Position numbers and translations under genes: made by a program. From the NCBI GenBank assembly GCA_020891255.1, contig BQFW01000008.1:186001-250000 (forward strand): a stretch of 64,000 nucleotides of DNA. Reading direction: 5' to 3'. The notes under the pieces are model-generated. The model worked only from the letters and a program-made list of their open reading frames with translations, did no database searches and was not told the DNA's origin. Below are positions 24,272 to 37,817 of this stretch, in pieces. Numbering within the stretch: position 1 is the stretch's first letter; each line of letters opens with the position of its first letter. The stretch is from Entomortierella parvispora E1425 (taxonomy: Eukaryota; Fungi; Mortierellomycota).

Positions 24272-27200
24272 CTACGAGCCAAGTTTGGCTGCCATGGCAT
24301 TGAGGCGCATGGTCAGCTCGTGGACCATACCCTCTAACCTATCATTGTTGATCCGAAGGGTGTCCACTTCGGCTTGCATGTACTCAAAGTCGTCCATCGA
24401 CACATACTTTTTGGGGTCTGGGGTAGGCAGTCCTGGATAAGAGGTCGCTCCAGCGGACGCCGACGAAGGAGAGACTGGTATATACTGGTTCGCGGTCGGA
24501 TGGAAGCGAAACAGTTGGTTGGGGTCCATCGTCAGTGGCCTAGGGGGGTTGTTGCTGCTGTTGCTTGCTCCAGGGTAAGGGATCGAGTGAGGTCGTACTC
24601 CAGCAGGGAAAGCTCCGTTCTCGGGCACGGCCTGCGCATTCGAAAACGTGGGTGAGAATGATGCTGGGAAAGCCCTTGGGAACGTTTGACCGGGCGATGG
24701 TTGCGAATGTGAAGAGATGGACCGTGGGCGAGGAGCTCCTTGACTGTGAACACTGCTCACACTGCCGCGATGCTGCTGCTGTTGCATGCTCGTCGGTGAT
24801 TCCACCAATTGAGTAGGGCTGCCACTGACCGTCGAGTCTATGATCGGATGAGTTTGACTTGATCGACGAGATCCGGCCTCGGCTGCTTGCCTACGCTGTT
24901 GATCTAGGAGACTTTCGCGGCGTTTGGCCTTTCGAGATGGCGGCTTTTCAATCCTATTTCCATCTTCATCGTACTGAACTTCGTATTCGTCGTCATCATC
25001 GTCGTCCTGCTCACTCACATCTGTCTCCAGTTGAGCACCAGGCACTTCGAGCGAGAGGGACTTGACTCGTCGCTCAATTCTAAAAAGCAAAGAAAACCAG
25101 CTTTGTGAGTGACATACGGACGAAGATCAAAAAAGTGAAAAAGAGGATACAAAAGTGGCCTAGAGCAACTTACTTGGAATTGGAGTTGCGAATCGAGCCA
25201 AGATCGTCTTCCAGTTTCTGAATTCTATCAGTCAGAGCCTTCATCTCGATCGTAGACTGTTCCCTTTCCTCTGACATTTGTTCGTCCAACTGCTTCAATC
25301 CTTGTTCAAGATCCTGTTTGAGTCCATCAATCTGGTCAGCCATGTCCTCGATCTCCTTGTGGATGAGCTCTTGTGCTTCATGCAAGGGCAAACTATTTTC
25401 CTCCAGACCAAGAATACGACCCTGGAGGTACTGTAGCTTAATAGAGACTCGTCCAAAGGCCTTTTGGATCTTTAGATTCCTGAAACGAAGCTGCTCAACG
25501 CCAAGCCGAGTATCCAGAGTTCGTGTACGGTAGCCTCGCCTGTCATAAAATGAAAAAAAAAATCAATCCCATGTTAGAACTTTTTTTCCAACTCTAGTTC
25601 GTTCAAGTCACCGCTTTGAAAGGAAACATAGGGTACCATCGAGATTGGATAACTGTCGCTGCTCTGTTGCCATCCTTGTGTGCACGGACCCGTCTTTGGA
25701 CAAGTTGACTTCTAAAGACTGCCTGCAACTTGATAACTGCAATCATCTCCTTTTCCGCTGTAAACACGAGGAAAATGATCAGGAAACGGGTTAGAGCAAT
25801 GACTGAAAGAGCAGCAGGACTCGTAGGATAGCAAACAGATCTTGAAACTTACCACCCAGGTCGGCAGTGACAAGGATAGATGGTTTGGGTGCACTGATCC
25901 TCTCGCAACTCTGGAGAAGATCCGTTCTCGTCAGATACTTGAACTTTTTGACATTACGAGCTGGATTCCTGTGCCAAGAAAAGACTTTTTGTTTCTTCAA
26001 TTCGCGTCGAACCTAAATAATCGATTCAATGTCGTTTAATATCATTGGATTCTTCCATGGTGCCAAATATATGACAAGACTTACCAAACATCCACGCCAC
26101 CAAGCCTGAATCATGATAGTCGCGGGTTCATATTGTTCCACCTGGAGCTGCACAAGTCCTCGCATGAATTTACGCATCTCGCGCACTTGTTTTTGAAGTT
26201 TGGAAACCTTGTGAATCAAAACGGGGAACTCATCTCCTTCTAGAAACCAGTGGTAAAAAAAAAAAGGTGGGTCAGCATCCTGGAGCGAGCCTAAAACCCT
26301 TTGGGGGGTGAACATGATGGGTCCTCGTGTGCAGGAAATACAGTAACAAAGGCACAAAGGCTAACCTTCCGAGTACTGCTCCAGATAGACCTGCTCATCC
26401 TGATCCTCCACGGGGAAGAACTCTGTCGTCGAGTTGAGATAAATCCCGTCTTCGTTCAGTTGATTGTCTTGGACATATGAGCGCTGCTCCCCAAATGATC
26501 CGTCTCGGTGTTGACTGATACGACTTTCATCCTTTTCATATCGCAGGGACGAGTTTCCAAAAGGATCCCGGGTGGAAAAGGAGTGGTTGCCCTGGTTGAA
26601 AGACCGATTGGCATTTAGACTGCCATTGCCAATACCGTTGCTGTTGCCGTTGCTGTTCCCGTTTCCGTTCGTCGTTCCGGCGACCAAGAGATGCTGTGTC
26701 TGGGTCGTTTCCGCGGCAAGAGATCCTTTTTCCGTTGCTATTTCGGAGAAGGCAAAATTTCGTTTGCGTCAGAGTGCTAATAGATCTCATGCAAGGAGAC
26801 AGGAAGAAAAAAAAGACCGATAACAGAACGCGTCCAGACACCCATGATTTGCAATGTTGGAGATGGAGAAAGCGTTCGTTATCAATGGTTCGCTTGTTGT
26901 CGTCGATGGTGTGGTGTGGGGTCAAGACTTCGCTCTCCCCCCTTTCCCTCCTTTTTTCCCATACCTGAATCGTTGCCGTGGCCGATCATGTCCCCAGTGG
27001 GCGGTGTCCGAGGCGCAGGCTCGCTCTGCCCCTGTATCGACTCCTGTTTTCGTTCCATGTCTGGCTCTGGAAGGTGCTGCTGCGACAGTGGCGGACTGGG
27101 TGGGAGGGTGCCGACATTACCGGGCTTGATGGGCTGGACGGTGATGTCGAGGTCTTCCACTCTTGAATCCGAGGTCATGGCGTCACAGTCTTTTGTGGTG

Positions 27201-28025
27201 GCGAGGGATGTGAAGGATCCTTTCGAGACGGTTGACAAGGTTACGCTGTGTTGCTGTTGTGTCGAGAGGGTATCGAGACTTGGTGCGGTAGGAGAAGGTG
27301 TTGGGGTCTGTCGCTGCTGCAGTTGCTGTTGGTGAGGAAAGGAGAAAGAAGAACGGGAAGGAAACAAAAAAGAGTAAAGGAGGAGAGAAGAGGTGAGTGA
27401 TTGGATCCCTGGTTGGCTGTGGACATGGGATGTGCATGCCCTGCTCTGGATGAGCACTTTCTTTTTTCACTCTCCCTTCCCGTCTTGCCATCTCATCGCT
27501 TTTGGTTGTTTATGGCAGGGCAAGGTAGGACAGAACAACAAAGAAAGGGCTCATCGTTCGTTCGTTCATTCAGCTCGTTCAGTTTGTTCATCCTTGTCCG
27601 TGTGTACCGCGACATTGTCCTCCCTTTCTCCTACCTGCATCCTCACGAAAGACGCATTATGCATGTATGCCTGCATGTCCATGCAGAGACAGACAGAGAC
27701 AGAGAGGGGCACAGGTACAACAACAATACACAACAGGACACACACGACAACAAAAGAGCAATAAACACACGAAAGGGACAGTAATGAATGGGGCAAGGGC
27801 GCCATTTACCTCCCGTTGGTGGAACATGTCCAGGGCCGAGCTCGAGCTGGCCAGCGACGCGACAGACTCAGGGCGTGGCTTGCTCGGGGCCAGGGACGAG
27901 GTCGACGTGTGGTTTGAGCCAACACCGGCAAAGATCTCCTTTGAATGCGGCCGTGTCGAGGATGAGCCGTTGCGCTCGTCCTTCTTCTTCTTGCTCGAGA
28001 AGAGACCCTTGATGCGCGAACTCAT
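24272..28025 (-). CDS. Hypothetical multi-exon protein with three IQ (calmodulin/light-chain-binding) motifs and coiled coils
   Basis: Exon 1 reads MSSRIKGLFSSKKK...FHQRE and ends at a GTAAAT donor; about 8 exons traced. IQ motifs: IMIQAWWRGCLVRR, IKLQAVFRSQLVQRR, VIQSRW|RGYRTR. Coiled-coil exon LIHKEIEDMADQIDGLKQDLEQ. The last exon ends at the TAG at 24272. Some junctions are approximate. Confidence 0.7.
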
Positions 28026-28817
28026 GGCAGGCTGTGTGTGCGTGTATGTGTTTGTATGTGAGAGTGAGCAGAAGGACTAGAAAAGGCAGACCAGTCTGAG
28101 CCAAGATGGGGGCCGATGCGGAGGCAGATGGAAGGGAAGGAACGGATGGAGATGATGATGATGATGATGTGGTTGTGCAGAGTGAATGGCGCCAAGGGGG
28201 GGAAGGAAGGGAAAGAGAAGGAAGCGGACAAGACTGGACTGGACTGGGCGGGAACAAAAGGAGAATGAAAAGAAGGCGAGTGAGATCCGTCGGTATGTTG
28301 CGGGCAATGCAAATAGCATGTCCTCTTCTCTTGCATATCTCTCCTCCTGTTTCCCCCCCATTCTCTACTCACTCCTCTTTATTCTCCTCATCTTTCTTTC
28401 CTCCCCTTCTTCCTTTCCTTTTATTCCATGACTCTGCCCTGTTCCACAAAAAAGTCGCGTCCGCCGTCGCGTGGATCAATGCATGATTGTAGACGCGTTG
28501 ATTCTCTGCCTCTGAGAGCAGACAAGCAGCTTCTCCCGTTTCAGTACATTCTCATGCCATGTACCTCCACAGGGTTGATCCGGAAAGATGCTCTGCCTGC
28601 CTGGGACAACTGAGCATTCTGGGCCGATCAGCTGTCAACACACCGACCATCTGCTTGCATTCCGCAGAGGCAAACAACATGGGTTCGCCACCCGTTTCTA
28701 CGTCAACCATTGACCACATCCTTCTCCAACCTCTCTAATCAATCATTGAGTACTTCTCAAAAAGATATATTTTTTTTGCTCTATTATGGTTAATGTACAT
28801 AGGACACTTTTTTTTTT

Positions 28818-31103
28818 CTATGCCAAAGCCTCCTCCTCTGAGGGCATCATAGCACGCATGGCCATAGAGTAGACCAAGAATGTAGCCGCGTTGCAAGGGA
28901 ACGCTCTGATCACTGTGGCGTTTGCTCCTCTGAAAAAGACTCGGAAACCTTCCTCCCTGTACAACTGTTTTGTACAATCCCAGACTCCACGGAATTGCAA
29001 CGCCTTGGGTGTTGAATCGTGTTGTGCCTGGATTCTCGTCTTGATCACGTCTGTTCAGCACAGATCAAATCATTTTAGAGTCATTGGTCAGCAGCAGTAA
29101 AAAAAAGGCACGAGAGAGTATGGATCACATCTTGAATCGGTAAAAGTTACCTGTTGGGTATGTGCTCATCCATCCTGCAATTCCAGCAAATCCTCCTGCT
29201 ACAACAAGGCGTCCACTCGACAAATCCTGTGTTCTTTGTCCTTCGGGCGTCAATGCCCGACAAAAAATCTCGTAGCTCAAAAAGTAGGGTCCATAGGACG
29301 TTTCGCGTAGGATGGTCGACCAAAGTCCACGGTAGCACGCGCGAAGTCCGCCCTGCCTGTAAGTTTGTTTGAAACAATCCATGGGTCCTTTGTAAAACGC
29401 GGTTCCAGGTGCGGCACCACCGGCTCCTACTGGACCTTGTTGATTCTGAAGTCTGATCTTGGACAGCTCCATGGGACAACTGATAAAACTGTGTTTGGTA
29501 CATGCCATGAACAAGAGAGAAAGAGAGAGAGACAGAAAGAGAAAGAGCTGTGTTAGTAGGCGACCTTTGAATACAGACATAGACAAAGCGAAAATAAAGC
29601 GTCGATTGACCACGTACCTGTTAACGACGCCAGAACCTGTGCCAGCCAGGAAGATCTGCATCAGTGTTGGATCATCGCCTGGATTCTTCATCTGGATATC
29701 CATGAAGAAGCCATAGACGCCAAAGAGGAGAGCGTTCACAAGCGCGACTCCAACCTGTTTAGAAACAGCAACAGAAGAATTGGTGGCAAAGAAAAATTAG
29801 GTGGAGCTCACAGACAAGTCACATTAGTCCAATGAGAGCGCGCGTGTCAGGTGGGATTTCAGGTCGTACCATTGGGGAAGCCTATTTGTGTTTTGGAGCC
29901 AGATAGACAGTCAGAGAGTCCATGACGAGATTCAACGCCAGCAGGGAAAAAGAGTTGCCCACGGATACAGCGGTAAGAAAAAAGATACAAAAGAAACCAA
30001 GATCAGTTATGAATCTTTCTAGCCCGAGGACAATTGCAATTACCACCAGCTATCAATCCACCTACCATGCCCTTGTACAGCCCTTTGACCTGGATTCACA
30101 AAGAGACGGTCAAGACCGGATCAGATCGGTAGAGTTGGATAGGAAGTGACAATCGATGCCGACCATGGGATCCATGAAGAAGAGAAAAGAGAATAGAAAG
30201 ACGAAGCGGTAAGTACGATTCCTCTGGACCACTTGCACTTTTTTTTGGTGCGACCACACCGTTCCGGCCAAGCACATGGCTTCACGGTTGATCGGCAGAC
30301 TGCTGATAGGAAGCAAAGCCGGGAGAGAAGAGATGCTGCTGCAGTGTACCTTCTCCTGTCGCAATATAGTCGAGAAGCAGTTCCATGTCCCTGAGTACTT
30401 GGCTGCCAGCTCCTTGGACTGCAGCCTAACTTTGACCGTGTCTGACAGAAGAAAAGTGGGAATCATTAGCATTGCCGCTTGGGTGCCGACATGAAGTTTC
30501 ATTCCGAATGCATTCAAGCAAGTTCTTACCCCATGGATGGCCTACACATAGTCCAGCAACGCCTAGAGTCGAAAAAAGATGTGGTCTTGTTTAGTTGGGT
30601 GTCATAACTTCAAAGCCTGAGCCATCGAGAGATGATTCCAGCAGCTAGCAAAGTAGGGTACCTCCTATTGTCCCTGCAACAAAGTTGGATGTCCAATCGT
30701 TTCCGTTAGCTATGACGAGAAGGCAAACAGAAAAAGAAGCAGAGAGGTCAGCACGGTGTGTGTGTGTGTGTGTGGGGGGGTCATCTGGTTAGCTTCACTT
30801 TCGATTGATCGAGCCCTGTGGTCTCCCTGGCCCTTCCGGGAAAGCATCCTCCCGGTATTGGATCCATGATGTAACCTGCGTGCCTTTGTTCAAAAAAAAA
30901 CCTGTGTCTGCTATGCTCTTGCCCAAACCCTTGTGGTCCATGTCCCCCGTCATCCGTCTCTAAAGGTGGATCCGGAAGTCCTGCTTGTCCTTGGATGCCT
31001 GCATCTGATCAACACTGTGCTCAGGGTTCACTTCCAAGAATAGGTGCCAAGGGGCCTTACATTGTTCCTGAAGGAGGGCAATGTTCTCGTCGCAGTCAAG
31101 CAT
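28818..31103 (-). CDS. Mitochondrial carrier (SLC25A29/A45/Ymc-like basic amino-acid/carnitine-type carrier)
   Basis: Three signature motifs: PWDTVKVR, PMELSKIR, PTDVIKTR. Proposed exon 1 31103-31061 (MLDCDENIALLQEQ, GTAAGG donor); exon 2 30709-30662 (NDWTSNFVAGTIG); microexons 30089-30066 and 29881-29870; C-terminus RAFPCNAATFLVY. The substrate is inferred. Confidence 0.9.
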
Positions 31104-31276
31104 AAGCAGAATGAAGAGGAGGGCGACGGTTGGGCGTGGGTTGTAGTGCCGAAAGCAAGGGGGAGCAAGGTCGATATATGAACAAGCGGACGGGCGTTAG
31201 AAGCGGAGTGTAGAGTGGAGAGTGAAGAGTGGGGAGAGAAAGCAAAGGTTGCCTGGGGAGACCAGGGTCTGGAGTA

Positions 31277-31326
31277 TGAGAGGAGAGAGGAGAGAGGAGA
31301 GAGGAGAGAGGAGAGGAGAGAAGAGA
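31277..31326. repeat. GA-rich (GAGAGGAGA/GAGAG) tandem repeat upstream of the carrier gene
   Basis: Visible aggagagagg agagaggaga gaggagagag gagaggagag run. Confidence 0.8.
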
Positions 31327-31892
31327 AATGTCGATGAGGGGATGGGCGATGACACAGATGAGTGATCGACAACAACAACAACAACAAAACAGGATGAGAG
31401 AGATGGGGATGGGGAGCAAAGAAGAGAAGGGGGAAGAGAGACAGAGAGGGAAAGGATCCACACACACACAGAGACACAAGGACAGGACGGGAGGGGGGAA
31501 AAGAGACGCACAGGAAGAGCGAAGGGGGGACTCTGACTGAACTCAATGGCTCGAAATGGCAGGAAGCCCAATTTTCTCACGCGTCTGACTTTTACCTTGC
31601 GGATCATACACTGTCTTTTTTGTCTCTCTCTCTGTCTGTTTCTCTGTGTGTCCGGTCTGTCGGCCTGTCGTCTGGCTCTGCTCACTTGACCCCACTCTCT
31701 CATCTCTCTTTCTACCATCCCCTGCTCCCCCCCGCTCTCAATCTCGTTTTCTGCTATTTGCCCGTTCTTTCCTTTGCGCCAACTCGTTTTCTCCCTTCTC
31801 CCTTCCTCTCTTCTCTTTGTACCTGACTTTGCTATTACAAATACCTTCTTTTTTTTTATCTAAATTGTTGTACAATACGTATATACGCTTCT

Positions 31893-34800
31893 CTACCACC
31901 GAAGCTCCCCCGAAATCAAGCGCAGGAAAATGTAGGCCACACTGCCCACAAACCGGAACGCAGAAAGGAACGCCACTGACCACAGCACAAACGCCAGGTA
32001 GGTCTTGGATCGTGTATCATACGAACCCGTCTGATTCGTTCCTGAATAGGACACAATGCTGACCAGCAGTCCATTCGAGGCGCACCACAGCAGCACCAGT
32101 CTTGTCCTGAATGCCTTGTAGTAGTCCTCCTGTTTCGTCTTGGCGTCTCTCTTCTGGACCTCTTCCTTGGTCTTGTCCCGGAGAGATGCGACCGCCTGTA
32201 GATAGGTGGCGTTGATGTCATGTTCTTGTGTGGGCATGTTCACTGTCACTTCACTGTCTCCTCCTTTGGTAGAGCCCTTGACTGCGCCAAGATCCATGTT
32301 GTCGATAGTATCACCTTTGGTGCCCCAACTGACATCGTGTGTGTTACAAAAGGCATAGACGTTCAGCACGTTCACGTAGCTAAGTTGGAGAACAAGGAAC
32401 CAGGACGAGTGTCAATACCCAGTCCAATTGATCTTCAGAAGGCATAGGAAATTCTGGCTTACCTGGGCATCATGCAAAGGTATTGCACAAAGCTGGTCAC
32501 CATGTGCCATGGCTCAAGATAAAGGACACTTCCAAAGAGGTAGAGTCCATAGGTAGACGCCAACGACAAGATCACATTCCTGAACGTTGGATCCTTGATG
32601 ACTGCATCCAGCGACGTTTCACCAGCGGCCAGCGCATGTGAAATTCCGAGATAAGTCAGCCAGATCGCACAAAAAGTCATGTACGCCATCAAAAAGGCGA
32701 AAAAGAACATGGCGGCGGTATATAGAAACTTGGATCTGATGTCCGAAACACAAAATCTGTTAGAGCAAACGTCTCATGGGGCACCACACAACATTGTCAT
32801 TGTTTATACACTTACCCTGTGGGGCGGTTGCCCATGCTGAGCACAAACACGATAATGACCAAAAACTCATAAAAGTACTTCAGGACAATAAATACGACTT
32901 TGAAAATATCGCTTCGTCCGTATGGACTGTTCTCCGTGAACGTGAGAGAGTTGGCGAGGATGTAGAATGTCAAATAAATATTTGCCTACAAAGAGATACT
33001 GTCAGTTAGAGCGTCTGAGCGAGCTGAGTGATCCTTGATTATGTAGGGAAATACAGGGTGACTTACGATAGCAAACCAACTGAAAAAGATGCTCAAGATG
33101 TTGTACAAAAGCTGCAGATGAAACAATAGTTTCCTATTCATGAAAAGAGGGTATCCCAACGGTCAGGCAGGTTCAGGCCAGATGAACAGGTGGCACATCC
33201 AAGGGGTCATTCTTACCTCCAGTAGGCATGGTCACTTTTGTAGATCTTGCCGAAATGGAAAATCGAGAACAAGGCCACAAAAAATGTACCATTCAGCCAT
33301 CGACGACGTTGACTGATCAGTTCTGGGACCGTATCAGGCACGTCCGTCTCTGCCCAAGCGGCCTTTACGTATCGCAGTGTCCAAGCATAGTTCCGCTTTG
33401 CCACCAATTCGAAACACAAGATACGATCCTCAGCCAGGTACATGTTGGCGTCAAAGATTCCTGAATCTGGCGTTGGTTTCTCTCCTTTGAAGTAACTGAT
33501 GAGCGGGCCCTCAGTTGGTGTCTCTGGTGAAGTCAACAATGCTTTGTATCGATATGCAGAAAAAGCTCCTGGTAATACAGAGATATATCCAATGACAGAC
33601 TCGAGAGGTTTGTCCAAGATGTTGTTCTAAAGTCGACATATTGGTCAGTCCTTGCAATTGAGTCGCTTAGATCATTATCGCAGCATCCACTTACCATCTT
33701 GTACTCAAAGTTCTGAGCTGCCACCAATGGGTTGAGCAAGTTCTTTGCAAGGGCTCCTTTAACAGGCTTAATCTCTCCACAAGCGCCAGCCACGTTCGAG
33801 TTGAGATCAAAGGCCTTCCAGAGTTGGTAGATAGATGTTGGTCCGGGCCTTGTACCCACGTCGAGGAGCACACAGACCCGAGGGTCGATGACGGGTCCGA
33901 ACGCGTTGAAGAACCACCGGTGCGAGTTTAGCTTTTTGGCGTTTTTTTCCTTGAGGCAAAACATCATCTGAACAGGCACATAACCACTGTCGCTATTCTT
34001 GGACTCGACAATCTTCATGTGTGGGTCGATCGTGACCTGTGTGGTGTACTACGATTCGAACACAAAAATAGGCGTCAAATGGCGGAACACAAAAAACAAG
34101 GTCAAAGGGTCGATTTGGCGTTCATCGGCCTCCATGTGGTCATTTTCGGGGGGTCAGAGCTGCATTGTGATTCTGTGGTTACTGTACCTCGTAGACGTGA
34201 GCCTCAACTGGCTTTCCATTGACTTCCCGCTTGGCCACACCCTCTTGGTAGACACCCATGGCTGCAAGGTAATTGTAGACCTGAGTATCGCACTTCTTTC
34301 TCCCGTCGGCAACAATGCAGACGACGACCTTCTCCCATGAGCCCTCGCCCCACGTTTTCGAGTTGTTCCTTGATGCGAGGTGACGGATATTCTTCATGAT
34401 GCCATGCATGGTTTCTGCAAACAGATTAACGTTTTCCTATCGAACGATGAAACAAACAAAATAAGAGCTTGGTGAGTTCCAAAAAAAAAAAAAAAAAAAA
34501 AAAAAAAAGCCGACCCAGCATCAAACTTGATCCTCGGTTCTAACGCCCAAACTAGAGTTGCCCTTCTCCCTTCGTTGTCTCTTGCAGCCCACTTACGTTG
34601 TACATGGTGACCACGATAAAAAGCTCTGTCTCTCGCTTCCACATGGCTGGCCTGAGTGTAAAGTTCTCGGCCTTGAACTGGTCAGGGTCGCAGGTGACGG
34701 CCGAGTACCTCATAAACTCCCATTCCTGGCCCTTCTGACGCGTTTGCTTGACCAGGTAATGAGGAGGGACTGGGCATTCGAGCACAAGGTTGTCGTCTGT

Positions 34801-35343
34801 GAGCTGAACCACCTTTTTAGTTTTGTAACGCCGCTCTTGACGCTCGGGTATCTCGCCTGGGAGCAATGGCGCAGGGACCAGGACTGGGGACTCTGGAGGT
34901 GGAGGGTTGAAATCTTGCAACTGCACCGAATAGACGGGCTCCTCTTCGACCTTGGGTCGTTCAGGTTGAGAGTGTGGGTAGTAAGAGTAGGCATTCTCGG
35001 TGTCAATGTCGGGATTAGAGATGATGGATCGAATGGATTTGCGCGAGATGATTGAGTAAATGGATTGGTGGCGAGTCAGGTCTGACTTGTCCTGGATGAA
35101 GGAAGAGTAGGAGGGGATCTCAAACTCTGGGAGGTCATTGGATGTCTGGCCTGTGGAGGAGGAGAGTGTGGAGGAGGCATAGTTCGAAGTAGCAAACTGA
35201 GGTTGTCCTCTCCTTGCTGCAGCGGGCCGATGGCTGGGCTGATAGGTTGGTCGAGGACGAGAGGAATTGTGATCTGACGATTCGGATTCTGCAATGAGCG
35301 ACAGCTGGTCGTGATCGTTCCTGGGGCGTCTCTGGCGGTACAT
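31893..35343 (-). CDS. CHS: Chitin synthase, division 1 (class I/II-type), GT2
   Basis: [13 protein letters not shown]; IVVTMYNE; CIVADGR; [13 protein letters not shown]; LLDVGT; GGACGE-like AGACGEI; QNFEYK; [10 protein letters not shown]; [14 protein letters not shown]; QRRRWLNG; HDVSWGTKG. Canonical introns. Confidence 0.97.
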
Positions 35344-35996
35344 GGTATGGTGGCAAAGGCATGCAGCCTGTGGAGGAAGAAATGCAGAAGGACGGCGAGA
35401 AGGAGAAAAGAAAAGGTTGAAGACTGGCGAAGAGGGGAAAACGAAGACGAGACAGGGCTTGTCCATCCGCACAACTCTAAATAAATTGGCAGGCTGTTGC
35501 ACTTTTTTGCACGTTGTTTGCGATGGTCGTCCGTCTGTCTTCTTGTCTTGTTGTCTTCCTTGCTTGACGCGCCAGATCGGATGCCATCGCATCGACGCAG
35601 GTTCATGCTTGCAGCCTGACCTTCATCTAGATGACCCCGGTGTCCTTTGCAAAGTGGCGAGTCAAAGGAGATCCAGAAAGACAGCGGCAGGAACAGCGAA
35701 ACGCGAAAGGGCGTTCACCGCGAGCAGGCAGGGCAGGCACAGCGCGCGGTCATGTGATCGATCCATCCGCCCAATGTGTCCGTCCATTCTCTGCTCTCGA
35801 GTCGCAGGCAAATCGCTCTTCGCTTCTTCTCCTCATCGGCATCGCTCTTTTCTCTCTCCATCTCCATCCCCGCGCCACCCTGGTTCTCCCTTCGAATCTC
35901 TTCATCCACTAGCAAACAACTGCTCGAAGGGCACCGTCGCATCCCCATCCATTCACATTCATCCAATCTCTGCTTTAATACACTACACTCCACCCC

Positions 35997-37817
35997 ATGT
36001 CGGCCACCGCCGCCGCCAGTTGGCGGTCCCGAGTGACGAATGTGCCTGCGTTGACAAAGACCCTCGCCACCGTCATGACCGCCGCCACTGCACTCGACCT
36101 CCTCCTTCGATTCAGGGACATGGCCATCGCGAGCCGAGGAGGCGAGAATTCAGACAATGCAGACGCAGAACAGAGACTCGTCTCCCTCCTGGCCATGGTG
36201 CCTGTCAAGTAAGGAGGCATCACCACTTTCTTTTGTTTGCGCATTGCGCCACAGGAGACGCAGAAACGCGTCCAATGTCTTTATGTGCTAATTGTCATTT
36301 ACTCTTTCTAGTGCTCCTTATCGATTCTGGACATTTGCAACGGCTGCATTCTTTGAAAGAAACATTGTGATGGCAAGTCAACATTTGTGCAGCATTCAAA
36401 CGGTCTTACATGGAAGTGGACGGCCCTTGTGGAACGAAGCGAGCGTTGATACTAATACTGCTTCCATCTTTTTCTCCCATTCCGGTCGTCGGATGTTGTA
36501 TTCTTTCGTTAGTATGCTATCAATATCTTTATCCTACTTTCCTCCGGCAAATATCTCGAGCGCGGATGGGGATCACGCGAGTTTTTCAAATACGTGGCGA
36601 TCACCAGCATCGGCCCAATGCTCTGGATCTACTTCACATGTCTGTTCGAGTTTGTCGTCCGCGGGAACGACGAGTTATTGTACGCAGAAGGTTATCGTGT
36701 ATAGTTTTTCCGACGATCGGCGCTTAACTTGAATGCAACGTATTGATCTCAAACTGTCCATTTCCTCAACCATTGTAGGTTCGATACACAGGCGTATGGA
36801 TTGACAAGCGTCATTGCAGGATTTGTGATTAGCTTCAAGCAACTCATGCCGGATCATGTTATCACCTTCTGGGGATTTCTGTCGATGCGAGTTGGGGTGA
36901 GTGGGTCTAACAGAGTCCATGGAATTTAACAGCGGATTGTTGACATTCAAATATCTAACAAAGCTTCCTCTCTTTTGACGTTCAGTCCGTTCCATTACTA
37001 TACACGATCATCATGATCATTCAGGCGATCATCACCCGGGAACAAATTCAGCTTTTGTTGGCGCTCTATGGTCTCAGTTTAGCCTGGCTTTACTCTCGGT
37101 TCATGAGGGTGCAAGATGGAATTCGAGGCGATAGAGGCGAGAACTTTTCCTTCGCGTCATTCTTCCCAGAGTTTGTCCAGTAAGTACAGGCGATATATCT
37201 TGACATTGATCTGCCCAAGTTGCTTTCCAATTGACCTTGGTATTTCCGTTTACACCCAATGAACGCCTTCTAGACCGCCCGTTAAGGCTATCTCGAATTT
37301 TTTCTTTGGCATTCTTGTCAAGCTCCACCTCTTTTCGCCAATAGGATACGGAGGAAGCTTTCAATACGACCTCGAGAATCCTCAAATGGCAGGCATGGGC
37401 CACACTTTTACTCAGCCAGGCAGTCTTAGAGCTGAGGCGGAGCGTAGAAGGTAAGTCAGTACCTTCTTTTGCAGCCACCAAGTTCTTCGGTCATCTTTCA
37501 GCCCCTCCAATTGTTCTAACAACACTGTTTTATCTTTATTGTTTTATTGATGGATCAGGGCGTTGGCATTGAAGGCACTGGACATGAGGCTCCATGCAGC
37601 TGCTGGAAATCATACCCACTTTTCAGGACCTGGACGCTCAAGTCATAAGGGAGGTATGGGATCTCACCCTGGAGCAGCCCCAGTCTCCTTGCTGTCCCTA
37701 TCAGCAGAGCCATTACATGAAGAGGACGAGGAGGAGGATGAGGTTCTTTTTGAAACCTCGGCGCTGGACGTCAATGAGTCTTCAGCCTCCGTCACGGAAA
37801 AAACAAGGACGGATTGA
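35997..37817 (+). CDS. TMEM115: TMEM115/DUF1751-family Golgi rhomboid-like membrane protein
   Basis: Spliced reading: FWTFATAAFFERNIVM|YAINIFILLSSGKYLERGWGSREFFKY; GFVISFKQLMPDH; GDRGENFSFASFFPE; AEAERRRALALKALDMRL. Confidence 0.85.
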
